A DNA stretch of 63,863 nt, filler included, from Saprolegnia diclina VS20 (taxonomy: Eukaryota): NCBI RefSeq assembly GCF_000281045.1. It is 8 parts of 5 records of this genome, joined end to end, with 100 filler letters (N's around TTAATTAATTAA, not from the genome) between each part and the next. Parts side by side here need not be neighbours in the genome. Positions count along the whole stretch, not along the records: positions 20,266 to 45,967 come from NW_008246118.1; 7 more parts are not named here. One strand, written 5' to 3'. Position numbers and translations under genes: made by a program. The notes below the pieces were generated by a model, which saw nothing but the letters and a program-made list of their open reading frames with translations, was not told the DNA's origin and did not search any database. Shown piece after piece: positions 30,742 through 43,395 of the stretch; within the stretch, counting starts at the first letter, position 1, and every line of letters starts with the position of its first letter.

Positions 30742-33535
30742 ATGTTGACGCACGAGCGGGTGATCCCGGCCGCCAAGTACGCGGCGCACTCGATCCCACC
30801 GCAGTACATTGCGCTGCTCGAGGTCGACGGGAAGCAACCGAAGCGTCTCGAGAAGGTTTGGACACCTCGTCTTCTGTCCACCGAGCAACATTGAACTAGG
30901 TGTTTGACCGGCTTCTCACGCAGCGGTCCCTGGCGTCCCTTGTGCACGCGTATACCAACTGCTTTTTGGATGCCGAGACGGAGCACATTTACCAGATCTG
31001 GAGCGTCGCTTACTACGTGCGAACAGCGCGCATCGTCTCGAGCTGCGTCCTAGTCTTCCACCTCGTGCTTGCGCTGCTGGACAGCCTCCTCTTTAGGTGG
31101 GCAGTGTTCTTATTGTCATGTGTGACCATGCAAGAACCCTAGTCACTCGAGCTACTTGGTCAAGTACGGCAAGACCGAGATCTTTCAGTGGTGTTATATC
31201 GTGCTTCTTGTGCCGTTGCTCGCGACCGCATCGCCACGTTTTCAGCATCCCCGGTACGTCGTGTACGTCCGGCACTGGAAGGTACTCACGAGCTGCTGCG
31301 CCAAAGGGTTTGAAATCGTTGCTAGTGGATAGTATCGGTGGCCATGACGCTGCTCGCCGCCGGGCTCATGGTGCGAGCTGGCTGCATTTACGACGCCAAG
31401 CTCAGCTATGTCGCGACAGAGTACAACAGCTCTTCTCGGGCGAGACGACAGTGGTCTGTAGGTTCTGGGCAGTCCTACCAAGATCGCTGGGGTCGTCGTC
31501 TGCGTATTATCTATTTTGCAGGTGTTTGTAACTTTTCCGGAGCAACGTAGCCTCAACGCCACCCTCGCCTTGGCGCTCAACAGCAACGACGACCTCGTAA
31601 TCGCGAGCGACGCGATCATTATCTTTCTTGCGCAGGTAGACATCTTCGCCATTATGCTCCATGTACCGATTGGAGTCTATAGACGGTGGTTGCAGCGACG
31701 CACTGCGACCTCGTGCACATCGGCGTTGTCTACGTTGGCTCTCTACTGGCCATGCTCACCAATGTCTTTTATTGGGACATCAACGCCCACGGCGAGGTCA
31801 CTCAAGCTTCAAATGGACGCGTTTGCAATGGAGCTGTAGACATATGTGTTGCTCTGTGCCAGCGGTGTCATCTGCCTCGTCCTTGTTCGCGAGCTTGATA
31901 AATCGCATCGAAGGAGCTTTCACCAGTACTACACGTCGGAAAAGACAAACGAAGTGCTGCGCGAGTCCCTCGACCAGGTTTGATGGGTCGAAACCTGGTA
32001 CGTTGTGTACACAGTGTCCTAGATGCTCGAGCTCGTGGTCTTTGACGAGTACAAGGCTGAAGAAAAAGCTGTGGTTGAGAAGCACCTGAACGCGCAGTCG
32101 GTGCTCCAGGAACGACTGCAGGTAGTCCTCCCAACGCGATACATCGTCGAAGACTACTATTAGCCGTATCGTATCCCGTTCGAGCACCTTTCGCTGCAGC
32201 GCGTGATTGGAAAAGGCGGGTTTGGCGAAGTCATTCTCGCCGACTACTTTGGGACGCACGTCGTGCTCAAGCGAATGCACCGGCACAAGATCTCGGACGC
32301 TGCCATCGCCGAGTTTGCCGCGGAAATTCTTCTCATGTGCGACCTCCGGCACCCGAACGTGGTCCAGTTTATCGGCGCCAGCTGGAACACCTATTCGGTA
32401 TATACTTCGACCTTTTCAAAATGGACAGATTGTCTATCGAGTTGACTAGAACATTGGTTTCGTGCTCGAGTACGTCGGCCACGGCGATTTGTACCTTGTC
32501 ATCCACGACAAGCGCATTGCCAAGTCGTGGAGTGACCCGTTCCATCGGTTCTTATTGTCTTATTGTCCAACGCATTTATCATGCACGCTGTAGGATAGCA
32601 GTCGACGCGGCGCGCGGCATTTGCTACTTGCACAGCAAATCGATTCTGCACCGCGATCTCAAGAGCACCAACGTGCTCATTAGCGCCACGTACTCGGCCA
32701 AGGTCCAACTCGATACTTGTCTGTAACCCTAACCGCTTTGTCTAGATTTGTGATTTGGGCATGAGCAAGTCCATGTCGGAACTCCAAGCAACCGAAAAGC
32801 AGGTGGGCACGCCGCTGTGGACGGCCCCCGAGGTGGTGCTCGGAGGGCGTTTTAGCCCCAAGTCGGACGTCTTTGCGTTTGGTCGACGACTCGATACATT
32901 GAAACAAACAACGGACGCCGCGCGTAGGTATCATTCTCTGCGAACTCCTCACGCGACGGACGCCGTATGAAGAACAGCGAGGCAGTTCACCGTACAACGT
33001 ACTGCTGTGTACCTACGTGTGATTGCGACTCCATATGCGGTCGTAGATCATGTTGGCAGTCGCCAACGACGGCTTGCGACCGACGCTGCCCACGTGGCTT
33101 CCCGGTCCGCTCAGGCACCTCGTCGACGTACACCTCTATTCGGACAGGCATGAGTATATACAATGTACTCTAGTTGTGTCTGGCGGCAACGCCCGAGGAT
33201 CGACCCGGGATGCTGGACGTTCTCTCGGCGCTGCAAGCGGACGGCATGCACCAGCTCCAGGCCGGCGACCAGTGGGCCAAAGTCAAGCATCTCGGTACGT
33301 GTCTCTGCCATCCCGTGGCTGAGTCTCTGCAGTGCACGAGCATGCCCACCGTGCGACGAGCTTCTCGGCCGAGCTCGTGGGCAGGGCGAGGGACCAAGCG
33401 GCGCTCGAAGCCTACACCAAGGCCACGGCGCTGCACTCGTCCGACGACTCGGAGAGCGACAACACCACGCGCACACCAGGTCCGCACACCGACCTCGCGA
33501 GTGCGATCGAGACGGCGGTCGAGACGTGGGGCTAA
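30742..33535 (+). CDS. Multi-pass membrane TKL (Raf-like) protein kinase with many introns; exon model approximate
   Basis: IGKGGFGEV, VVLKRM, LRHPNVVQFIGA, ILHRDLKSTNVL, CDLGMSK, VGTPLWTAPEV, KSDVFAFG and C....PEDRP spread over short exons; several hydrophobic exons upstream. Confidence 0.8.
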
Positions 33536-33636
33536 CTTGTTCCTTCCCTTCGCACTTGTATTGGCACTGCGAAGAGCGCATGTTCGATATGGCATCACCA
33601 GCGGACGTTGATTAGCGATTTATGGATGGCGATTCC

Positions 33637-36370
33637 TTAAACGATACCAGCCTCGTCGTCGTCGTCCTCCAGTGGCGCCGTGCGCGCCTCAAGCTGCGCA
33701 TTCCACATCTGCGCATACCGGCCGCCCTTGCGCGCCATGAGCTCATCGTGCGTCCCGATTTCAAGCACGGAGCCCTTCCCGAGCACGACAATCTGGGAAG
33801 CGTGGCGCACCTACGTCTCTCCGATTCGCACCTGGTACCAGATTGGTCAAATGTGGTGTACCGTCGACAAGCGGTGGGCGATCACAAGCATGGTGCGGTT
33901 CGTCTGAAGCTTGGTGAGCGCGCTCTGAATCTCCGTCTCGGTGACCGTATCCAGCGCCGACGTCGCTTCGTCCAGAATCACAAACGGCGGGTCCTTGAGC
34001 AGCGTGCGAGCGATCGCCACGCGCTGCTTCTCGCCGCCCGAGAGCTTGAGGCCGCGCTCGCCGACCGGCGTCTGCCATTGCTGCGGCATGCCCATGATAA
34101 AGTCGTAGATTTTGGCCTTCTTGGCCGCCTCTTCGACCTACCGACATTATGTGGCATCACACTGCGACACGCAACGTACCTGGGCAAACGTGCTCTCGAG
34201 GTTGCCGTACTGGATGTTGTACAGAATCGTCTCGTTGAAGAGGACCGTGTCCTGCGGTACAATGCCAATCGCTTTGCGTAGCGACAGCTGCGTCACGGCC
34301 GAGACGTCTTGGTTATGCACGAGCAAGCGCCCGCTCGACGTGTCGTAAAAGCGGAAGAGCAGCCGCGAAATCGTCGTCTTGCCCGAGCCCGTCTCACCCA
34401 CGAGCGCCGTGGTCGTCCCTACGCATCGCTAGCATTAAATGTGCATTGCACACGATAGAGTAGACCAGCAGGAATGACAAAGTTGAGGTCCTTGAGACCG
34501 CTGCCGAGTGGCGCGTCCGGGTAGTCAAAGTTGACATGTTGAAACTCGACCGAGATGCCGTTGCGGTGCGCGTCATAGTCGAGCAGGAGCTTGGGCGCGT
34601 GCGGCGCGTCGACGATGTCCGGGTCGACGTTGAGGAGCTCACTGAGCTTTTGCATATCGACAATCGCCTATAAAAATGGCTTCAACCGAGGCGGCGTGAG
34701 GACCGAAGCCCGTACGTTGATCATCATGTTGTAGAGTGACCCGAGAAAGTACAGCGGCGTAAAGAGGTTCTGGAGGTACACAGTGATGGCCACGAACGCA
34801 CCGAGGTCGACGCCGCGGCCGTCCTGCTCAATCACATGCGGGATCGCGAGCGCGAGGCAGGCGAGAATCGTGGCTTGGATGATACCAGTTTGGCTAATGT
34901 TGAGCACCGACAACGACGCTTGGACGCTGACGCTGAAACTTTGATACTTTTGAATCGCGCCCGAGTAGAGATCGATCTCGTGCTTTTCGTTGGTAAAGTA
35001 CTTGATGGTCTCGTAGTTGATGAGCGCGTCGGTCGCTACATAAAAATATGTTTTTTCGTCACCGCTCGATAGATTGATACAAGCGTACCCTTGTCGTGGT
35101 ACTCGTTGTCGTGCTTGGTCGACTGTTGTCGAAACTTCTTGCGCCAGAGCGTGATGGCAATCGTCACGTAGGCGTAGAACACCAAGCTTAGAAACGAGAC
35201 GTACGACATGGTCGCAAGCTGAAAGTGCGTCGCAAAGATGATCATGACCACGACGCTAGTCAAAATGATAAAGACATATATTGTCGTGCATCGACAAGAC
35301 ATACCTCTCGAGGATCGTCGGCAAGAGGTACAGAAACATGTACGACACGACGCTGTTGGCCGACTCGACGCCGCGGTCCATCGAGCGCAGCACGTCGCCC
35401 AGTTTCTAGGGTTGGCATCGTCCGAATGTATCAAGTTGATATTGTGTACCTTTTTCAGATGCCAGTCGAGCGAGAGCGAATGCAAATGCTCGTACGTCAT
35501 GGTCGAGATCTCCACGTACGCTGTCTGCTTGACGCTGAGGTACACGATCGACTTGACTTCGTCGAGCGTCTTGGAGAAGAAGACGCTGGCGCAGTAGCAC
35601 GAGACGCCAACGAGCGCGCCGCGGACGTCTTTCGCGACGAGCGCGTTGGTAGCTTGGGCCATAAACATTGGCGCGTACAAGTTGAGGAGCTTGGAGCCGC
35701 CGAGAAGGAAGTACGTGCTCACGGCGCGGACGCGATGGCCAAAGCCGTGCGGCCAAAAGTACGGGCGCAGCACCAGCAGCATCTTGACAAACGAGATACC
35801 TTTAGTTGGCGTCGCATCGGCAGGCGACGACGAGCTCTCGAGGTCGACGACGACGGCCGCGGCCTCGCGCTCCTGGCGCACCTTCTTCGCATGCACTTGG
35901 TACAAGAGCACACCTTCAAAGACCGAAAACATGAGCGGGAGGATGATGAAAATGTTGGCGCGGTCCAGGCCGTTGGCGAGAAGCGTCGCTTGCGGCAGCG
36001 CATCGAGCGCAAAGGCGTCCGTGCCCAGCACGATGACCAGCCCGAGGACCGCGAGCTCGGCAAGGTAGACAAACCACTTGGAGAAAAGCCCGAGCACGAT
36101 GAGCAGCACCTTGGCGGCTGTCGCTAGAATCGGCAGCTGCTCGTAGCGCCAGGCGGGTGCGCCCGTCGCTGCAAAGGCGGTGAGCGTCAACGACGACATT
36201 TGCGAGAGGAGCACGACCACGTCAAGCACCGTGATGCCGAGGAGAAAGTTGGCCATCCAGCCGAGGCGCGTCTTGGTCGTCGATATCGGGCCTTGCTTGC
36301 GCCAGATGGAGCGGTGGGCGATCTTGCGCGCGGCCGGCGACGGCAATAGCGGCGCCTTCTCGTTGCTCAT
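33637..36370 (-). CDS. ABCB6: Half-size ABC-B transporter, ABCB6/HMT1/ATM1 family (multi-exon)
   Basis: [30 protein letters not shown], Walker [48 protein letters not shown]; extra N-terminal TM domain. Confidence 0.88.
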
Positions 36371-36899
36371 GGGCTTCCGACGGTGCAAATTCCGATTTGC
36401 GGATCGCGAGGTTCGAAGTCGAAGCGAAGTGGAAGCGAAGTTCGAATTTAGAACACCCAATCCGAAGACGACATTGCGGTGCAAAGTTGTATCTTCTCGA
36501 CGCCGGCCACCTGCCACCTGCGCCCATCACCTCCAGCGTAGCGACCAGCTATCACAGCCATCCTGAGCTCAGAGTGTGATGACTGGAGACATTGCAGGTC
36601 ACTGCAGGCCTGAGCTAGGTAGCGTGCAGGGCCTTGGTCAAGGCGCACAAGCCCGTGTTGAGAAGAGCAAGGCCCCCTTGCCGTCAAGGGCTGTCTGGCG
36701 CACGCGTCCCACGCTGCGGTCGCCGAGAGGTTGATGCTTGCAACGTGACGCGAGAGGACCAGGCAGGCAGTCACGCTGCACGGTCTACCGATCGTCGTCC
36801 AACGGCAACGTTATCAGGAGCAGCGACCATGTCTAGAGAGTGACTTGAGCGACAGTGTGCAGTGTAGAATGTGTCTAGTTAGTTAGTTAATCATGATCG

Positions 36900-38135
36900 T
36901 TAGTCGTGCGCGACGGCAATCTCCTTTTTGGATTTCAGGAGCGCGAGCGCCGCCTTCTTCTTCTCTTGGCGCAGCTTGCGGTGGTCGGACGCCAGCAGCC
37001 GCGGCTTCCCGTCGGTCGTCTTCTTGGCCTTCTTGGCCGCCGGCTTTTCGTCGTCCGAGCTGTCGAATGCCGCGCCCATGTCGATCGGCGCCGTCACCGG
37101 CATCTTGGTCACGATCGCCTTGGCCTTGGGCGCCTCCTTCTTCACGGGCACCTCCTTCTTGACGACCTTCTTGACGGTCGCATCCTTCTTAGCCGGTGCA
37201 TCCTTCGTCACCGGGGCTTCCTTCTTCACCGGGGCTTCCATCTTTGCCGCTGCTTCCTTCTTCGCCGGGGCTTCCTTCTTGACGGGCTTGGGAGCATCCT
37301 TGGTCGTCTTGGCACCGCCCGAGCTCGATGCGATCTCGGCCTCCTTGGCCATGCGCGCGCTCTTGGCTTGTTCGTACTTGAGGAGCGCGTCGTCTTCGGC
37401 CTGGAAGAGGATCTCAAGCTCCTCTTGTGGCGTCGTCTCGTCGCGCTTGCGCTTCTTGGTCTCCACCGGTGTCGACGCGGCGACCTCGGTCGTGAGCATT
37501 TCGTGAAGAAACATGCACGACTTGCCACGGTGGCACTTGCCCTTCTGGAAGGCAAAGCAGACGCGGGGCTTGGTCGGGTCAACCTCGACCTTGGCGACCA
37601 CTGGCTTTTCCGCTGCGTCAGCTTCGTCTTCGTCGTCGCTCGCAAACTTGTCGGTCTCCTTCTCCTTCGGGCCGTGGAGAAACTTGCACGCGTCGCCGCG
37701 CTTGCATTTGCCCTGCTGCGCAAACTCAAAGCACGAGCCGTACTCGCCGTCCTTGACATCGTGCGGGTACTTGCACGCGTCGCCTTTCTCGCACAGGCCC
37801 TTCTGGAACGCCCAGCAGACGCCAGTTTTCGGTTTGTCGGACTTGGCCGCCTCGGGCTCGCGGTCCGCCTTGGGAATCACGTCGCGCACCGTGAGCACGC
37901 GGCCGTCGACCGTCGACTGGTGCATGTGCTTGATGGCCTTGTTCTTGGCCGCGGCGCCCGCGTACGTGACAAAGCCAAAGCCGCGCGACTCACCCTTGTC
38001 GTTCTTGACGACCTTGGCCTCGGCGACCGTGCCGTAGAGGCCAAACATATCCGAGAGCGCAGCGTCATCGAGCGTCTTGGCGATACCGACGACGATGACC
38101 TTGTTCTGGTCGTTGGAGCGGGCTTTGAACGGCAT
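36900..38135 (-). CDS. RRM + 3 CCCH zinc-finger protein with a Lys-rich tail
   Basis: RNP1 RGFGFVTY; three C-x7-C-x5-C-x3-H fingers; KKEAP repeats. Confidence 0.9.
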   Translation of the reverse strand: MPFKARSNDQNKVIVVGIAKTLDDAALSDMFGLYGTVAEAKVVKNDKGESRGFGFVTYAGAAAKNKAIKHMHQSTVDGRVLTVRDVIPKADREPEAAKSDKPKTGVCWAFQKGLCEKGDACKYPHDVKDGEYGSCFEFAQQGKCKRGDACKFLHGPKEKETDKFASDDEDEADAAEKPVVAKVEVDPTKPRVCFAFQKGKCHRGKSCMFLHEMLTTEVAASTPVETKKRKRDETTPQEELEILFQAEDDALLKYEQAKSARMAKEAEIASSSGGAKTTKDAPKPVKKEAPAKKEAAAKMEAPVKKEAPVTKDAPAKKDATVKKVVKKEVPVKKEAPKAKAIVTKMPVTAPIDMGAAFDSSDDEKPAAKKAKKTTDGKPRLLASDHRKLRQEKKKAALALLKSKKEIAVAHD

Positions 38136-38679
38136 CTCGTAGGCGCGCTTGGGTTATGATCAAAGTGGCAATATGGCTGGCGCTTTTGATTGGTGCGCAC
38201 GCCTCCTCAGCGCGTGTCAACGATTCGATCGGATGATTGCCGATAAGCAGCCAATCGCAGCGCATTGGCGTAGTGCAACTTCGATTTAAACTTCGATTTT
38301 ATATAAAAAGTCGTATATATAGGTGTGTCAGCAATCAACTGACCTTTTGTTACAACCGTGGCTAGCATACCGTGTTGCCAGCGGCAGAACGACGATTCGC
38401 CGGTTCACATCACATGCAACGCATAGTAGCAAGACCTTGTCAAGGCGTGCGTCCGTGGTAGTCGACGTGGCCTCTAGTACGTCGACCTGCGATCGTCGCC
38501 GGCAAGGATCGAGTCGCTTCGATTCTGCACCAATCAAATCTGATGTTTGGCTTGGAACGTGCGATGATTGGCTAGGATCCCAGGTGATCACCAGCGCATC
38601 CACGGATCCTGTTGCGTTGACGTAGCGAGTTGCGCAAGCGTTCGCCCTCGTTCGGTCACACTCTTCTTCTTCTTGCGCG

Positions 38680-39595
38680 ATGGCAACCGAGAAGCCGCCT
38701 GTCTACTACTGCCTCGGCGGTGTCTCGGCCATGACCGCGGCCTGCTTCACGCACCCGTTTGACCTGCTCAAGGTGCGGCTCCAGACCTCCAAGGACGCGC
38801 ACCTCTCGCTCTTTGGCACGATCAAGAGCATCACAAAGACCGAGGGCCTTCGCGGCTTCTATAGAGGCATCTCGGGCGGCCTCATGCGCGAAGGCTCGTA
38901 CTCGACCGTGCGCTTTGGCGTGTACCAGTACCTCAAGGACGCCGCGATCGAGCGCAACGGCGGCGACCCGATCCCGCTCTGGGAGAACGTTGCGCTCTCG
39001 ATGTTTGGCGGCGCGGTGGGCGGCGCGGTGGGCAACCCCGCCGATGTTGTCAACGTGCGCATGCAGGCGGATGGGCGACTGCCCGAGGCCCAGCGCCGTA
39101 ACTACGCCCATGCCGTCGACGGCCTTGTTCGTATCTCGCGCGACGAAGGCCGCGAAGCGCTACTCCGCGGCGTGCGGCCCAACATGATGCGCGCGATGCT
39201 ACTGACGAGCGGTCAGATTGCCACGTACGACGTCTTCAAGACCTTCTTCCTCGAGACCATCGGACTTCACGACAACATTGGCACCCACTTTGCGTCCAGC
39301 ATGGCCGCGGGCTTGGTCGCAACAACCGCGGTACTTTGTGTTGCGTCGTTTCTAAAATGCTGAGAGCTATAACTAGTGCGCGCCCATGGACGTGGTCAAG
39401 ACGCGGTTGATGAACATGCAACAGCACGCGACAGCCGAGTACACTGGCACCATCGACTGCTTCGCCAAGATTCTCAAGGCCGAAGGCGTCCGCGGTCTCT
39501 TCAAAGGCTGGACGCCCGCCTACATGCGCCTCGGGCCGCAAACGATCCTCACTTTTATGACCCTCGAGCAGCTCCGAAAGCTGATTCAATCGTAG
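38680..39595 (+). CDS. Mitochondrial carrier, dicarboxylate/oxoglutarate type; intron at 39331-39376
   Basis: Three PxDxxKxR-type motifs (HPFDLLKVRLQ, NPADVVNVRMQ, APMDVVKTRLM); RRNY.HA.DGL; KGWTPAYMRLGPQT. Confidence 0.92.
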
Positions 39596-39686
39596 TTATA
39601 GAGTACTACGACTAGAACTTTCGCACAAAATGCAATCTGGGCAAATCCCGAGCGCTGATTGGTCGGTTGGAAGATCGCAAAACTAC

Positions 39687-41023
39687 ATGGTGGTCGAAGA
39701 CGGGCTCCTCGTCGTCGTGAACGGCATTGGCATCCCAGTTCTTATTCGCGCGTACGGCGACGTCCTTGTGCCGCCGAATGCAGCAGTCAGCGTCGTCAGT
39801 GCCCTCTTCCATGCAACGCTTGACTCGAAGTTGGTGCTCGCATCCGTTGCTAGCCCGGCGTACGCCATCACGTACCGGCACTTGCCAGCGAGCGGCGTGC
39901 TTCTCGCCTTCTTCCATCGCCGCGCATGCATCGACGCCCTATTGTTATGGCTAGAGCACTGTCTTTGCTTGCTACTGGGGCCGACCTTGCTCATGTCGAC
40001 GGACGCTGGCGCCCTCAAGTTTGAGCTAGCGCGCAGCCACGTGGTCGAATCGCTCGACTGGCTCGTCGCCCACCGTGCAGACATGGACCTCGCACTCGGT
40101 CTGCCTCTCTCGACGCCCGGCGACATTGCTTGCTTGGACGACATCTTGACATGGGCGAGCGATATGTATGTTCTCTCGAATGGCGTTGTCGTCGGCGACC
40201 GCGGCGACGTGCGCTCAACACTGACCCGCCACGAGATGGTGCTTTGCGTTATCTTGGCCAAGCAATTCGCTCTTCAATGCAAGGACAGGCATGTGCAGCA
40301 CACAGTGTACACGGCAGGTGCACAGAAACGCCAGATTGTGCTTGTCCGAGTCGCGCCGAACGTGGCGTGGTTTGGGCTGGCCGGAAACTCTGTTCCAAAC
40401 GCTGTCGTTCAGAGCACGGTGCGCTCTGCTTTTGCTCGAAAGACGGGTTTTCTATCGCTCAGTAGGTCGTCGACAAGCTCTCGCTGTGGTGCAGCTGCAC
40501 CGATGTGAACCGGCTCGCTCGCTCAACGCTGGCGCTCGAGAACGCTTTGGTGGGGCCGTTGCTCGGGTGGGCATTACTTCAATATGGTCGAGTGTTTTGC
40601 CGCCAACTCAGATAGACGAACGCCATAGGTATTGCGCAGGGCGTCTCCAACCGTCGTCGCGACACAGCTCGTATGTGTACTTTGGTGCACAGGACGACGC
40701 CGACCTCCGACTCCTGCGCCCCGACGACACCACATTTCCTCACTCGCGCGACCATGTACGGCTTTTGCTTCAGCAACACTATCAGCATCGCTTAAATGAC
40801 GGCGGTGCGTCACATGACGACGTTGTGCAGCTGGCGGTACGTCCCCACGTTTGAACCCTAACCTCATGACAACCCTACCCTCGATTAGCACCTCGCGCTG
40901 GTCTACGCAGTTCGTGCACCGCTGCATTTTGTGTGCATTTTTTACGCAGACGCGAGCACGAATCGTCTCGACCAGGTGCTTGCCGCTACAGACAATTTTC
41001 TCAACGTCTTGCTTTCCCATTGA
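39687..41023 (+). CDS. Longin-domain protein, Fuzzy/MON1/HPS1-like (multi-exon; 3' exons approximate)
   Basis: The N-terminal LLVVVNGIGIPVLIRAYG...VSVVSALF matches the first longin pattern of Fuz/Mon1. A long first ORF is followed by intron-like breaks. Confidence 0.5.
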
Positions 41024-41095
41024 GATTGAGATTGAATTTTGAAATTGAGATTGCATTTGGAATGGAGGACGCTAGTATCGCGGCTTGCAGATTCC

Positions 41096-42784
41096 CTATT
41101 CCAGCGACGGCATGTCGGCAAACTCTTCCTCCATTTCCTTTTGCATCTCGGCTTGCTGGAGCTTCTTGTTGTCGGCGACCATGCGGTCCATGATCTTCTC
41201 CTTGTACAGCTTCTTCTCGGCTTCGTGGTAGTTGCGAATGTACTGCTGCAGTTGCATCTACCACCACAAACTTCGTATCAACTTGACAGTTTGCGTCCAT
41301 GTACCTTGGACCGCTTGAGTTCCAGCGTAGCCTTGGTCATACCGCCGTCGGGCTTGTCGCCAGCCAGCGTCATGGCCTTCTCAAGGCTCTTCTCAGCCTC
41401 GTGGAGAAACTTGTTGGCCTTGTCGATGACCCAAAACTCCTTGCGCTCTTCCTTGGCGAGCTCTTCGTTGAGCTTGCCCGTGAAGACGAGGCCCCGGCGA
41501 AAGTGGCCCTTGACGTTCTCCGGCGCCAGCTCGATCGCCTTGTCGCAGTCCCACTCGGCGTCGTCCCATTTTCCGAGCTTGATCTTGCACAGCGACCGGT
41601 TCAAGTACAGCGGCACCTTGTGGTTGTTGATGCGGACTTTGTCGTCGGCCGAGACGAGCACTTCCCACTCGTCCTTGCCGTAAAAAATATGCACAAATCC
41701 CTAAGCTCGAATCTCAGACCCGTCACCATCGCCAAAGGGGATACCGTGTCGTAGTGCTTTTGGGCCGCGGCGAAGTCACCGGCCTTGACGGCTTGATTGC
41801 CGAGCTCCTTGTACTCGTTCGACGACGTAAGACGCTCATCTAATGCAACGTGGTAGGGCTCTTCGCAGTAGGATGACGTACCGACAGTCGGGGGCGGGTT
41901 CTCCTCGAGCATCTTGCGGTCTTCTTCGTTTTGACGCTTCCGAGACTCGGCGAGCTCGGCTTGGGATGGAAACTTGGGGAGTGGTTTCTACGTGGCGGCT
42001 TGAGCGAACGCCGAGAGGACGCGAAAGCATCGTACACCAAAGCTCACGAGCTCGATTTCGTAGTCGAGGACTTCATTGGGCTCGACCTAGTCATACATGT
42101 CGATAATGGAATGCGTAGAGCACCGTGTACCTTGGGCGCGAGGCCTTGTACGCCGTAGCCGTACTCGGGCTGGATGATGAAGCGCGCGATTTCGCCGAGA
42201 TTCATGCTCGCGACGGCAATGTCGAGGCCTTCAATGACCTTGCCTACGCCGATACATGCATCGAATGCTTCCAGATGGCGCACGTACCGCGGCCAAGGTG
42301 AAACTCGAGTGGGTCGTCGGTGCCGCCCGCGTTCTTGCCGTCGACCACGTCTCGCCTACGACCGCTGCATGCCATGATATCGAGAGGAAATCACGTACGT
42401 CGTCTCAAAGATCGAGCCATCGTCGAGGCGGCCGACGTACTGGATGAACGTCGGGCAGCCTTCTTCAATGAACTTGCCGTCGGTGCTCGGCGCGTCCTTG
42501 AGAATCTACGCCAAGTAGCGCGATAGGCTAAGCACAAGAGAAGGTCGTTCTTGCCTTCTTCAAGACGCCGCCGTCCGCCTTGGGCGAAATGTCGATGTAG
42601 CCATCCTGGCAAAAGTTGCACGTGGCAGGATCAAAGAAGGTCTTTTGCTCCCTAGAGGCGGATGAGAACACCGCCGGTCGTGGCCATCGTACCGCGCGCA
42701 GTGGGCGCAGATGCGTTCGACGTTCGTGACAAGGCCCACGCCCCAGCCGCCACATGCTCTGCAATGCTCGTACTCGTCCGCCAT
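41096..42784 (-). CDS. FKBP-type PPIase with TPR domain (multi-exon), N-terminal Cys4 motif and C-terminal DMPSLE
   Basis: DGGVLKK, QYVGRLDDGSIF, GKVIEGLDIAVASM..GE...IIQPEYGYG; TPR segments KELGNQAVK, LYLNRSLCKIKL and NVKGHFRRG. Confidence 0.88.
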
Positions 42785-43395
42785 GTTGCTCGCCAAGATG
42801 AAAATGCTCCATCGCTCCACGATGAGGTGCCCGTTTAAGTGCGGTTTTATACTGATGGGCTAAAAACACCCAGCGCGATCTGACTGGGGCTGCTCCAAGC
42901 AGCAGCGGAAGCACCAGTGGATACGCTGAATATCATGCATTTGTCTGCAAACTCGCGCCGCCAACGATACCTCCCGCATGCAATTGAAACTCACACTGGC
43001 CGTATCCGTCCGTTTGAGTTCATTCTAGCTCGCTGGACTACGCCCGAGGCCCTCCAAGCGACGACTAGATCCACAACGCCTTGCAGAGTGCGTCAAGGAG
43101 CGCACTGGTACAGATCTAGACGTAGACCTGGTTGCAGGTCTGATGGCAGTTGGCATTTCAGGTTGCGTGTGTAGCACGCCGGCTGGATTTGCGTGTCATA
43201 CGAAAGCGTACCTTAGCGCATGCACTTGTTTTTCGTATGCATCCCGTTTAAATGCGGTACGTCCTGTCTATTTTGTGCTATGTAACTTCTCTCGAAAGTC
43301 GCACTTAATCGCACCGTGCCTCTCTGTCACGGTGCCGACCGGTTGTCGGTCGCAATGCCACAGCCGCTTTCGACGCCGAGCACGACTACGTAAGC

